Under the pieces are notes generated by a model. The model worked only from the letters and a program-made list of their open reading frames with translations. It had not been told where the DNA came from and made no database searches. Shown here one piece after another: positions 41,417 to 51,209 of a stretch of DNA of 64,000 nucleotides (the first letter of the stretch is position 1; each line of letters starts with the position of its first letter). The stretch spans positions 80,014 through 144,013 of IMG/VR virus record IMGVR_UViG_3300032319_001025. One strand, 5' to 3'. The position numbers and the translations under genes were made by a program. Source of the DNA: a virus (lineage: Duplodnaviria > Caudoviricetes).

Positions 41417-43173
41417 TATTCTCTAAGACCAGCACCTTTTTCAAAACGCCTTACGAATCTTTCTTCTTCCTTATCTGATTGATCATCTCTTTTAAATGCT
41501 ATTAAGCCGCCCATTGTACCTAAAAGCGAGGCTATAGACATACTATTTCTAATGGCTTCTAGTACAGCGGGGGCAGAATCTAGAACATCAATTCTGTCTC
41601 TCCATTCATACTCAGAAAGATCAAAAGTTTGATCATCTTTTTGTAATAGTTGACCAATCATACTATCTATTTCTTGTTCGTTAAATCCATAGTTTTTATA
41701 TAATATTTTTACTGGTTCAACTAAAGCATCCGAAAGAATATTAATTGCAATTTTCCTACATTCATTTTTTTCTTTTCTACCAAGTTCTAGTAAGTCTGCT
41801 GCAATTCTAACTAGTGTGTAACCTCCGCCTGGCACAGCACCGTATTTAACGGCTCCTCTAATTGCCATCCAAGCATCTTCTGCTCTGTCTCTTTTTTCTC
41901 GAGTTTCACCTTGGCTTAATCCGTAAATATTTAAACGTGCAATCCCACTAGTTAATTTTCCTATTCTAACGTCTAATTCGTGTGCTTCATATTGGCTTTC
42001 TGGTTTTTCTCTTCTTAACTTTAGCTCTTGAACTCTAGTTTCAATTAAGCTTTCATCCTCATCCACCATTATTGAACTTCTAAATCTTCCAACCTCAATA
42101 TTTTTTACACGATTTCTTTTAATTAAAAAATCGATGTTCATGTCTATAAGAGGTCTGTCGATTGGGTTAAACACAGGAGACCCAGTATATGCTTGTAAAT
42201 CGTAAAGCTGCTCAGTTCTTGAATTTATTGTAGCAGATTGTGTGGTTACAATTGGAAAAACTTTAAATGTCCCTTTATTCCAGTTAAGATGCAAATCTCC
42301 AACTACACTATCAGAAAACCCGTGCGAAACTACTACAATTCCTGTTGTAAGATGTGAATTTTCTGCAAAATATTGACCAATTTTGTTCATTGGTTCTAAG
42401 ATTTGAGAAATATCATTAATAGTACCGTCAAATAAAAGAACAAGAGGTTTTTCTAGAACAACCATTGTTCCGCTTTTATCATTAATAAACCCAGTTGAAA
42501 AATTTCTACAAGATTCTTCGTACCCTTTATCTAGGGTATATCCAGATATTTTTTCAATTTCATACTTAGATGGGCCTGTTGCTTCAATAATAGTGATATT
42601 GCCCTCATCACCTACAGTATTAAAAGATTCAATGATTGCATCAGCAAGTTCTTTATCCCCATTTGCTGATAGTGTGGCAACTTTATGTAGAATAGATTCT
42701 GAATTTTCACCATCAACTTTAATTTTATAAGAATCTATAACTTCGGAAATATAAGGGATTAGGTTCTGTAATTCCCTGACTATTTTTTGGGGGCTAAGTT
42801 TTGGATTTTTTTCAACTAATTTAGAAGTTCTTTTGGTAATACTTTCAGCAAGAATTGTAGCTGTAGTGGTTCCATCTCCAGCTTCGGAAGCTGTTCTGAC
42901 AGCAGCATCTCTAACAGCCTCTAACACCAACTGTTGAGTTGCGGATTCATAACCTAAATTTTTAATAACAGTAACACCGTCTTTTGTCATTATAGGTTTT
43001 AATCCAATTTCTGGTCTTTCAATTAAAACCTGTCTTCCTCCAGGTCCAAGTGTAGCTCCAACCATTTTTGCAATGTGTTCCATCGTTTCTAAAACAATGT
43101 TTTTAAGTTCTTGACCTGGTGCAACCATTACTTTAGAAGCAGATTTTGGTTTATTAACTTGAAAAAGACTCAT
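41416..43173 (-). CDS. groEL: Chaperonin GroEL-like
   Basis: 'TLGPGGRQV', 'TKDGVTV', 'AGDGTTTATILA', 'VPGGG'. Confidence 0.95.
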   Translation of the reverse strand: MSLFQVNKPKSASKVMVAPGQELKNIVLETMEHIAKMVGATLGPGGRQVLIERPEIGLKPIMTKDGVTVIKNLGYESATQQLVLEAVRDAAVRTASEAGDGTTTATILAESITKRTSKLVEKNPKLSPQKIVRELQNLIPYISEVIDSYKIKVDGENSESILHKVATLSANGDKELADAIIESFNTVGDEGNITIIEATGPSKYEIEKISGYTLDKGYEESCRNFSTGFINDKSGTMVVLEKPLVLLFDGTINDISQILEPMNKIGQYFAENSHLTTGIVVVSHGFSDSVVGDLHLNWNKGTFKVFPIVTTQSATINSRTEQLYDLQAYTGSPVFNPIDRPLIDMNIDFLIKRNRVKNIEVGRFRSSIMVDEDESLIETRVQELKLRREKPESQYEAHELDVRIGKLTSGIARLNIYGLSQGETREKRDRAEDAWMAIRGAVKYGAVPGGGYTLVRIAADLLELGRKEKNECRKIAINILSDALVEPVKILYKNYGFNEQEIDSMIGQLLQKDDQTFDLSEYEWRDRIDVLDSAPAVLEAIRNSMSIASLLGTMGGLIAFKRDDQSDKEEERFVRRFEKGAGLRE

Positions 43174-43341
43174 AATTATTACCTTTATTTATTTTTATAA
43201 ACTGAAACAACTTCAACAGCTTTCCAAATAAAAACCCAAAAACTAACTATTCCACTAATATAATAAATAGCTCTTAGTTTTTCCATTGTATCGTGATTCA
43301 TAAATACCTCAATGGGATTTTACAATAATAACAAACATTAA

Positions 43342-43971
43342 TCAAGTAAAAGCTTTTTTACCAAGAATCGTTATTGCTTTCTCATCGCCATCAAACCATT
43401 TATCTTTCAATTTATAGTACATATCATACATTTCTTTACTCATTATGTTGTTTTTGAAAAGTTCGTAAAGATTTGTAAATATTGGCTGTATTCCAGAATC
43501 ATCATTTTCTCTGGCAAACCATCCAGGAGATACGTTATATTCATTTTGATTTATCTTAGGTCTGAAATCGTTTTTCCAACCAATTGAATCTTTTGGTTTT
43601 TCTTCACAGTGGTTAGCTAAAAAAATTCTAAAACATCTAATTATTCTATCTGAATAAAATTTTTGACGCTCACTGCCAGTGTTTTTGCTTGAATCATAAT
43701 AATGTTTTGTAATTCTTGCAATAAAACCAGCATCTTCTAAATATTTAATATGCCTTTGAACTGTTCTTAAGCTTAATTGCAAAACTTCTGCAATCATTTT
43801 ATCGTGAAATTTTACATCACCATTGTTATTGTAACTTCTTACTTCAAGTAAATGCAGAATAAGCTTACTTTTAGGGTGTAATTCGTTCTCATCCTTAAAC
43901 CTATCAGTCATCGATAAGAACTTTTGTTTAAACTTACCATCGGTAAATTTAGAAAAGCCAATTTTAAACAT
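43342..43971 (-). CDS. Winged-HTH DNA-binding protein, replication-initiator-like
   Basis: 'KMIAEVLQLSLRTVQRHIKYLEDAGFIAR'. Confidence 0.65.
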   Translation of the reverse strand: MFKIGFSKFTDGKFKQKFLSMTDRFKDENELHPKSKLILHLLEVRSYNNNGDVKFHDKMIAEVLQLSLRTVQRHIKYLEDAGFIARITKHYYDSSKNTGSERQKFYSDRIIRCFRIFLANHCEEKPKDSIGWKNDFRPKINQNEYNVSPGWFARENDDSGIQPIFTNLYELFKNNIMSKEMYDMYYKLKDKWFDGDEKAITILGKKAFT

Positions 43972-43981
43972 GACACTCCTT

Positions 43982-44065
43982 GTGTTTGGCGTGTAAGGGA
44001 ATATTTATATTATATATACTATAAGAAGAGTATATAAGATATTAAAAAAGTCTTACCCGCCACAC
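43982..44065. repeat. Long imperfect inverted repeat around an AT-rich core
   Basis: Outer arms GTGTTTGGCGTGTAAG / CTTACCCGCCACAC; inner arms TATATACT / AGTATATA. Confidence 0.6.
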
Positions 44066-44628
44066 TAAGAATGTATCACAAAAAATTCTTATTTATAAAT
44101 TTTTTTAAAAGAAAAAAAGGCAAGTTGTTTTTGACTCTAAAAGACACAAAGCTTTTAAGTAAATTTCTTTTTCTTTTAAGTGCTTCATTTTTTTGATGAA
44201 TATCTCTAAGATACAGGTAAAGGTTTGAAGATATTTGTTCGATTATTAATTCTTTATCACCGTTTAAAACTGATAAAAAAGTTTTATCAACTGGTAAGTA
44301 GATTGTGTTAAATATTTTTCTTCCATCACCGATGTACACAGTCATGTAACTTTTTTTATCCCAATATACGGTAGCTCTAAGATTTAAATATTTCACAGTT
44401 GTAAAAGGAACTGTAACCATAACACGATTAGTCATTTTTATATCCTCCCCTTAAAAAAAGTTCTTCAATCATAAGTTCATCTTCAATACGTTCTTTTTTA
44501 TCTTTTAATTTAAAGTATAAAAGATGGTTTTTTGTGGTAATTTCTAAATCTTTGTTGGCAAGTTTAGAAATTATTCTATTTATTTTTAATAGCTTTTGTT
44601 TAAGTGTTTGTATTGTATCCATGATTTA

Positions 44629-44677
44629 ATGGTATATATAATTAATATTCTTGTAAATAACGCAAAATTCATACCAA
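44629..44677 (-). promoter_or_regulatory. Sigma54 -24/-12 site followed by a sigma70-like promoter
   Basis: TTGGTATGAATTTTGC-GTTA-TTTACA-N17-TACCAT at the head of the 34-kb minus-strand block. Confidence 0.72.
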
Positions 44678-44719
44678 ATAACTTTTAAAGTTTTCTGTTT
44701 TACTATATAATGACAACAA

Positions 44720-46132
44720 ATGACTATTAAGGAACCAGTAAAAATTTATTTACCAGTCGTAGATAATGAAGTTAAGCGTTTTCTTACGTTTATGGATAGG
44801 TCCGTAAACTATCAAATTTACAAGATAAAAAACAACTTTAGATGGGCATCAGGAGATCCAGAGGGTCATGCGGATAGAATTAAACAACTTAAAGAACAAT
44901 CAGTTAAAACATTGATTTTTAAAGATGATTTTGGTGAATACACTTATAGCGGCTTAGTTTCTGATTTAAAACAAAGGTTTAAATGGGAATTAAAAAATGA
45001 AATATATTATCCAGAACCTAAGCTTATACCTTGGGATAAGCAGCCAGAGTTTGAATTAAGACCGTATCAAAAAGAGGCTGTAGAGGCTTTAAAAGCTGTC
45101 AAACATGGCGCTGTAGAGCTACCAACTGGTAGCGGAAAATCTGCTTGTATAACCGATTTAATCAAGAATTATGGCCTAAAAACTTTACTAATGACACCGA
45201 GCCGTTCAATAACTGAACAGCTTTATCACGATTTATGTTTAAGATTTGGAAAAAAGAGGGTTGGTAAGTTTAGCGGAACCAAAAAAGAAGTTAATAAGTT
45301 AATAGTGGTGGCTACTGGACAGTCTTTAACAAGACTTAATAAGGAAAGCAAAGAATATCAAGAGCTTTCTAACACTGAAGTTTTTATAGCCGATGAATCT
45401 CATTCTGTACCAGCAGAAACATTTGAAGCCGTATGTATGGGCGTGGCAGCAAAAGCCCCTTATAGATTCTTCTTTAGTGCAACGCAATTAAGAACTGATG
45501 GCTCAGAAATGATTTTAAAAGGCATTACAGGGCCAGTTGTATATAGAAAAACCTTTAAAGAGCTTGTTTCAGAAGGATACTTAGCTAATCCAAAATTTAG
45601 AATTTTTAGAGTTGACTCAAATGGTAACACTAACAGGCAAGATGTTAATCAAGAAACAAGAAAGCAGCTTTTTGAAAACCCAAACGTAGCAAAGCTTGCA
45701 GCTGATATAGCTGATAAATCAGTTCAAGGTGCAAACCGTAAAACCCTTATTATTATTGATGAGTTAGTTCAGTACGATTTACTAAATAATTATTTAAAAA
45801 CCAAACACGAATTTATTTGTGGAGCAACACCGCAAGCAAAAAGAGCTGAAATCATTAAAGATTTTAATGAAGGAAGTTTAATGCTATTAATTGGAACTTC
45901 TGCAATTAGTACAGGGGTTGACCTTAAGCCTACAAGTTCGTTAATATACCTACAGGGCGGAATGAGCGAAATTCAGGTAAAACAAGCTATTGGAAGAGGA
46001 ACTAGAATTTTTCCAGGTAAAACCGATCTGTGGGTCTCTGATTTTATGGTTTTAAACTCTAAGCATATGGAAAGACATACTAAAGTCAGAATGAAAATTT
46101 ATGAAACGCTTGGAGAAGTAAAGGTAATTTAA
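44720..46132 (+). CDS. SF2 helicase (UvsW-like)
   Basis: 'LRPYQKEA', 'PTGSGKS', 'DESH', 'SAT', 'TGVD', 'QAIGRGTR'. Confidence 0.92.
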   Translation: MTIKEPVKIYLPVVDNEVKRFLTFMDRSVNYQIYKIKNNFRWASGDPEGHADRIKQLKEQSVKTLIFKDDFGEYTYSGLVSDLKQRFKWELKNEIYYPEPKLIPWDKQPEFELRPYQKEAVEALKAVKHGAVELPTGSGKSACITDLIKNYGLKTLLMTPSRSITEQLYHDLCLRFGKKRVGKFSGTKKEVNKLIVVATGQSLTRLNKESKEYQELSNTEVFIADESHSVPAETFEAVCMGVAAKAPYRFFFSATQLRTDGSEMILKGITGPVVYRKTFKELVSEGYLANPKFRIFRVDSNGNTNRQDVNQETRKQLFENPNVAKLAADIADKSVQGANRKTLIIIDELVQYDLLNNYLKTKHEFICGATPQAKRAEIIKDFNEGSLMLLIGTSAISTGVDLKPTSSLIYLQGGMSEIQVKQAIGRGTRIFPGKTDLWVSDFMVLNSKHMERHTKVRMKIYETLGEVKVI

Positions 46133-46145
46133 TTAGGATTTAATT

Positions 46146-47150
46146 ATGTCTCAAAAAATATTTTATAGATTTGTTGCTGAGATGAGTGAAATACTCAATA
46201 ACAGCACGTTTAATTATGATGATCAAAAAAAGCTTTTAAAAAAGCTTTTTGCTGTTGAGAAAAAGTTTAAAGATACTTTACTCTCTACTCCAAATGGCAG
46301 AAACGTTTATAAATCTTTTATGAAATTCATTCTTAATGATCAAAAAAACATATTGGCAGCTAGGATTTATTTTAGAGAAAGACAAGATACTTTTTCAAAT
46401 AAAATAGCTAAAGCTTTTCATCAAAACAAACCAGAAAAGCTTTTTAAATTTAGAATCAATTATGTATTTGCTGTATGGGCATGTAAAAATATAAAAAGAA
46501 AAAATAAAAAATTATTGAGACTTTTAGAGGATATGAAAACCTTAAGAAACAATCTTTGCGAAATGAATTTACCTTTAGCTATTAATAGATCTAAGATTTT
46601 TTGGTCTAAAATACCAGATTCCCATCTAGAATACATGGATTTAATACAAACCTCGTCCGAAGGTCTTTTAATTGCTATAGATAAATTTGTGCCCCCATTT
46701 AAGTTAGTTTTCCGTTCTGTTGCAATCGGAAGAATGGTTGCTTACATGATTGAGGATAATAGCGAAACAATAATCAAATTATCCCCTACTGAAAGAAGAA
46801 TACTTTATTTAATAAACAAAGCTAAAAACACTGAAAAAGCTGAAAATGAAGATGAAATTCTTAAATTTGTAAAAAAATCGTTTCCAAATGTAACTAAAGA
46901 ACATTTAAATGAATTAATGAACGCATCAAAAACAGTAAACATTGATATTTCAGCAAACAAGAATGAATCAGATAAAGATTCTATGCAAAAAAAAGAAGCT
47001 GACATTTTTTTTAAGTCTTCAAATAATTTAGAAGAAGACATTGTTAATAATGATTTAAAAAGAAAGCTTGTACCAGCAACAAAAAATCTTTCAGTTTTAG
47101 AAAAAAAGGTATTATCTTTAACATATGGAATTAATTTTTTAAAGGAGTAA
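46146..47150 (+). CDS. Phage sigma70-family factor lacking region 4.2
   Basis: Region 2 'NLPLAINRSK...LEYMDLIQTSSEGLLIAIDKF'; the protein ends at the region-4.1-like 'LSVLEKKVLSLTYGINFLKE*'. Confidence 0.82.
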   Translation: MSQKIFYRFVAEMSEILNNSTFNYDDQKKLLKKLFAVEKKFKDTLLSTPNGRNVYKSFMKFILNDQKNILAARIYFRERQDTFSNKIAKAFHQNKPEKLFKFRINYVFAVWACKNIKRKNKKLLRLLEDMKTLRNNLCEMNLPLAINRSKIFWSKIPDSHLEYMDLIQTSSEGLLIAIDKFVPPFKLVFRSVAIGRMVAYMIEDNSETIIKLSPTERRILYLINKAKNTEKAENEDEILKFVKKSFPNVTKEHLNELMNASKTVNIDISANKNESDKDSMQKKEADIFFKSSNNLEEDIVNNDLKRKLVPATKNLSVLEKKVLSLTYGINFLKE

Positions 47151-47153
47151 ATT

Positions 47154-47486
47154 ATGGAAATTTTTAGTTTAAATGACAGAATTGCAATAGAACAGCCAGT
47201 TTTTACTAAAATTGAAGCTCAAATAACTAATGGTTTTGCAATGAACTCAAATAGAATTAATTTAATTGAATGCAAAGTTGTATGGAAATGCAGAATTAAT
47301 GACAACCTACTACTAGGTCCTGAAGATACCGTCATTCTCAGAGGCGATGCTGGACTGTATCCATGGGCAAAACAAAAGTTTGTACACGAAGGAAAAGAAA
47401 TCGTTCTATGCCCTAAAACGGACATTATTGGATATAAAAAAGGAAATGTTCAATATTATGAACATGTTGAAATAAAAGGAGCATAA
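47154..47486 (+). CDS. Co-chaperonin GroES-like
   Basis: 'SLNDRIAIE...NGF...GPEDTVIL...EGKEIVLCPKTDIIG' parallels GroES 'PLHDRVIV...GGI...GDIVIF...EEVLIMSESDILA'. Confidence 0.65.
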   Translation: MEIFSLNDRIAIEQPVFTKIEAQITNGFAMNSNRINLIECKVVWKCRINDNLLLGPEDTVILRGDAGLYPWAKQKFVHEGKEIVLCPKTDIIGYKKGNVQYYEHVEIKGA

Positions 47487-48469
47487 TGAATTTTCTTCTT
47501 ATAGGCGATTTACATGTAAAACCAGATAACATTGAAGAGTCTAATAGATTTATTCAATGGATATCAGGTTTATGTAAAGAAAAATCGTTAATACCGATAT
47601 TTATGGGTGACCAATATGATACCCATGGAAATATACGTGTAGAAGTTTTAGATTTTTGGCAAAAAGCATATGATCTTTTTGTTTCATCTTATAGTATTGT
47701 AGGTAATCACGATATGGATTATTCGTGCGAATTTACCAGCATGCTTTCTAATTCTAAACAGACCAAAGTTATTAATACACCATTTACCTTGTCTGAAAGT
47801 ACAATAACTATACCTTACATCAAGTCTTCTCAAGAATTTACTAATTTAATCAATAATTTAAATGATAAAATTAAATTTGTTTTATGTCATCAAGAATTTT
47901 ACGGTGCGCAATATGAAGGCGGATTTTACGCACCAACTGGAGTAAAGCTAGAAGAAATCAAAAAAGACGTTTTATTTATAAGTGGACATATTCATAAAAA
48001 ACAAAACATAGCAGACAAAACTGGAAAAACAAAAGTTATTTACGTAGGAACGCCTAGACAATTAACTAGGTCAGATATTGATGAGATTAAAGGTGTACAT
48101 ATTTGGCACAACGAAAGCCAGTTAGAATTTATACCTACTCCAGAAGAAGTATGTCAGCAATTTAAAAAAATCACTATAATTCAAAATTGTAATGAAGATG
48201 TAGAATTGTCTATTAATAATAAAACTTTTGTTGATGTTCATGGAGATGAAAATTTTATTAAGAAGATTATAAAAAAATTGCCAGAAGAAGTTAAAATTAG
48301 AACTTTTCCAATAAAGGAAAATAAAAAAATAGAAATTAAAGAATCATCCGGCATTAAAAATGCATTTAAAGATTATTTTGAAAATTATGTAAAAGCAAAC
48401 AATTTAAATGAACAAGAATCAAAAGAAATATTTGAAATTATTAAAAATAACTGTAATAGTGTTTTATGA
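47486..48469 (+). CDS. SbcD/Mre11/gp47-like nuclease
   Basis: 'IGDLH', 'MGDQYD', 'GNHD', 'CHQE', 'SGHIH', 'YVGTP'. Confidence 0.9.
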   Translation: MNFLLIGDLHVKPDNIEESNRFIQWISGLCKEKSLIPIFMGDQYDTHGNIRVEVLDFWQKAYDLFVSSYSIVGNHDMDYSCEFTSMLSNSKQTKVINTPFTLSESTITIPYIKSSQEFTNLINNLNDKIKFVLCHQEFYGAQYEGGFYAPTGVKLEEIKKDVLFISGHIHKKQNIADKTGKTKVIYVGTPRQLTRSDIDEIKGVHIWHNESQLEFIPTPEEVCQQFKKITIIQNCNEDVELSINNKTFVDVHGDENFIKKIIKKLPEEVKIRTFPIKENKKIEIKESSGIKNAFKDYFENYVKANNLNEQESKEIFEIIKNNCNSVL

Positions 48470-48778
48470 AAACAAAAGAAAATTTAGATATTTACACTCA
48501 ATTAATGCTGCTTAAAGAGGCAACCAATAGGTTTGGTGCGTTACATGAAGCCCAAATACTTCAATTAAAGATGTATCCAATATTGCTTTTTGGAGTTTTA
48601 AAATCAGAAACTCATATTGATGTAGAAAGAAAAATGGTTTTTTTTAAATTAGTTGAAACTAAAAGTTTTAAATTAAGTAAGAAAAACAAAGATATAATTA
48701 AAAATATAGTAAATTGGACTAGAGGTTTACTATGGGACGACTGCTCAGTAATATTTATGAAGGATGAAGAAGTAATTT

Positions 48779-49423
48779 ATGACACAAGATCCTAAAAATA
48801 TAATATTGATAGAAGAACCTTTTGAAGATAAATGTCTAAGAATTTTATCTGAAGAAGAAAATGAAGCAGTTAAAAAATATTTGGAATCTGGCGGCAAAAA
48901 ACTGTCTACAGAGACAGCAGCTTCATTTTTTTCAATGTATTTAAATGGTTATGATACAAAAGAAATATTTAGGCTTAATAAAGCTTTCCCGTATGAGTCA
49001 ATCTTAATAGCCAAAGTTACTGGAGATTGGGATAAAGAAAAAGAAGATTATTTGAATAAACTACAAGAAAACATTAAAGAAAAGCTATTAAAAGCACAGC
49101 TAGAATCAATCAATTTTTTGTCTGATTTATTGTCAGCTACGCATAAAAAGCACGGAGATAAAATTAAAAAGTTTCTAACTAGTGGAAATGAAAAGGATTT
49201 AGAAGGCACAATGTCTGTAGATTCTGTATCTCAATTACTTAAAGTAGTGGAAGGATTAAACAAAGTTACTGGGCAGGACAGGCCCAAAGCAAATGATACT
49301 ACTATTAATGTAAATATAGACCAAAGATCCGTTAATAATATTAGCTCGCTTTCACCTGAAGATTCTGCTAAAATACTCAATATAGTGTCTGAATCAAAAA
49401 GAAAGGGTAATAAAAATGGCTAA
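48779..49423 (+). CDS. Putative terminase small subunit
   Basis: HTH-like 'YLNGYDTKEIFRL...WDKEK' followed by a coiled coil; upstream of TerL. Confidence 0.45.
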   Translation: MTQDPKNIILIEEPFEDKCLRILSEEENEAVKKYLESGGKKLSTETAASFFSMYLNGYDTKEIFRLNKAFPYESILIAKVTGDWDKEKEDYLNKLQENIKEKLLKAQLESINFLSDLLSATHKKHGDKIKKFLTSGNEKDLEGTMSVDSVSQLLKVVEGLNKVTGQDRPKANDTTINVNIDQRSVNNISSLSPEDSAKILNIVSESKRKGNKNG

Positions 49424-49517
49424 ATCAAAAAAGAAAAGTAAAAGCAAAAAGCAATCTTTAATGCAAAAAGTAATGGCAGCATTGAAAAAAATGATGCACC
49501 CAAGCAAGAAAAAATAA
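49416..49517 (+). CDS. 33-aa lysine-rich peptide (not in the ORF track)
   Basis: MAKSKKKSKSKKQSLMQKVMAALKKMMHPSKKK* fills the gap between its neighbours. Confidence 0.5.
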   Translation: MAKSKKKSKSKKQSLMQKVMAALKKMMHPSKKK

Positions 49518-49518
49518 T

Positions 49519-50205
49519 ATGTTAACCGCTATAGGCGATGTAATGAGGCAGTTGTATACCCGTGGTTGGATAACAACCAGGGATGGCAACGTTTCCCTTA
49601 GAAAAAAGGGTTCTAAAGTTTTATACATAACTCCATCTGGGTGGAGAAAAACAATAATTCATCCAGAGCACGTAGTTAAGTTAAAATTTTCAGATGATTT
49701 TTCTAATTTAACTTGGTTTAAAAATGAAAATTCTAAACCATCTGGCGAACTGCACATGCATTTTTTGCTTCAAAAAGATGCAAAAACTTGTAGAGCTATA
49801 GTTCATGCGCATCCAACACATGTTGTAGCTGCACTTTTTGCTGGATGGGATTTAGTTAAAATATGTAAAATGTTCCCTGAAATAAGCAGGTATACGAAAG
49901 TAGCTCCTACAGTACCGTTTCTTCCAGCGATAAGTCATCAATTAGGGTTAGCGACTTGGGCCAGCCTATCTAATAACGATTACGAAGTAGCTGCAGAAAA
50001 AATTGATGACCAGGGAAACATTAAATATTGTGTGGATTTAAAAAATCCAAACAGTATTAATAATGATTTAGTGTTTGATATAGTAGGTCAAGATAAACAT
50101 GGAGTATGCGCGATAGCTGAAAACCCTTGGTCAGCATACGAACATATTGAAAGATTAGATCATATATGCGAAATAGTCCTGAAATCAGGAGTTAAACCTA
50201 TTTAA
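49519..50205 (+). CDS. Class II aldolase/adducin-family protein
   Basis: 'DGNVSLR', 'ITPSG', 'PSGELHMH', 'IVHAHPTH', 'HGV'. Confidence 0.9.
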   Translation: MLTAIGDVMRQLYTRGWITTRDGNVSLRKKGSKVLYITPSGWRKTIIHPEHVVKLKFSDDFSNLTWFKNENSKPSGELHMHFLLQKDAKTCRAIVHAHPTHVVAALFAGWDLVKICKMFPEISRYTKVAPTVPFLPAISHQLGLATWASLSNNDYEVAAEKIDDQGNIKYCVDLKNPNSINNDLVFDIVGQDKHGVCAIAENPWSAYEHIERLDHICEIVLKSGVKPI

Positions 50206-50212
50206 AGGTTTT

Positions 50213-51208
50213 ATGAAACAATTTTTTACATATTTATTTAGTTTATTTAAGGTTTTTTTAAAAAGCCTTGCAGCGTCTTTAAAAGACGCAGTAACTAAAT
50301 ATTTTTTATTTATATTAAAAACTTTAACAATTTTAGGTGTATGTTATTTCGTTTATGGTCTATATAAAGATAAAAATGATACAGAAAGAAAATATAAAGA
50401 TATAGTTGGAAAAGAAGAACAGTTTAAAAGAATTAATGATTATGTAGCAGATTTGGAAAAAAAATATTTAACTGAAAAACAAATGAGGGAAGAACTAGAA
50501 AAAAGATGGGGAGAACAAAAAAAGAATTTAGAAGGAAGAATAAAATACTTGTCTGATACCGTTTTTTCTTTAAAAAATGATGAACAAGAAGATAATTTAG
50601 GAAATTCTAAACTTATAGAAGTCTCTTCTCAAAAAGATGGTAAAAAAGGTCCTCCATTGTGTTATGTAAAGCTAGATAAAGATAACAAAATTTATAAAAA
50701 AGTATATGATTTTGAAATTAATGTAGATACTGCAATGTCAAGAGATGAAGATAGCGGTAAATACTTCATTTTAACCAAAGCAAATCTAACATTGCTAGAC
50801 ACCCCTTTAGTTGATTCTGAATGGAAAGGCAAGCCCTATCCATTAAAAATTTCTAATGGAGTAGCAATTATAGATCCAACTGAAAAAAATTTAGAAAATA
50901 AATTTTATTGGTTTGATCCAAAACTTAATGGCGGCATTAATTTTGGAGTATCAGGAAGTTCTTTTACTTCAAGACCATCATTAGCAATAAGTTGGATGGG
51001 ATATGGATTGACAAAAAATGATTTAAAATGGAAATTTATTAATACTGGAATAGATTTTAATACAAAATTTAATAATCCAGGTATTAATTTCTCACCTTTT
51101 TTATACAGACCGTTTGATTCTTTTATTGTAAACACTTATGTAGGCCCAGGCGTTAGTTATTCTTCATCTGGAGTAGGATACTATTTAGGTCTTTCTTTAG
51201 GATTTTAA
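50213..51208 (+). CDS. Membrane-anchored coiled-coil protein with C-terminal amphipathic beta strands
   Basis: TM segment near aa 30-50, then a coiled coil; ends 'YVGPGVSYSSSGVGYYLGLSLGF'. Confidence 0.5.
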   Translation: MKQFFTYLFSLFKVFLKSLAASLKDAVTKYFLFILKTLTILGVCYFVYGLYKDKNDTERKYKDIVGKEEQFKRINDYVADLEKKYLTEKQMREELEKRWGEQKKNLEGRIKYLSDTVFSLKNDEQEDNLGNSKLIEVSSQKDGKKGPPLCYVKLDKDNKIYKKVYDFEINVDTAMSRDEDSGKYFILTKANLTLLDTPLVDSEWKGKPYPLKISNGVAIIDPTEKNLENKFYWFDPKLNGGINFGVSGSSFTSRPSLAISWMGYGLTKNDLKWKFINTGIDFNTKFNNPGINFSPFLYRPFDSFIVNTYVGPGVSYSSSGVGYYLGLSLGF

Positions 51209-51209
51209 A

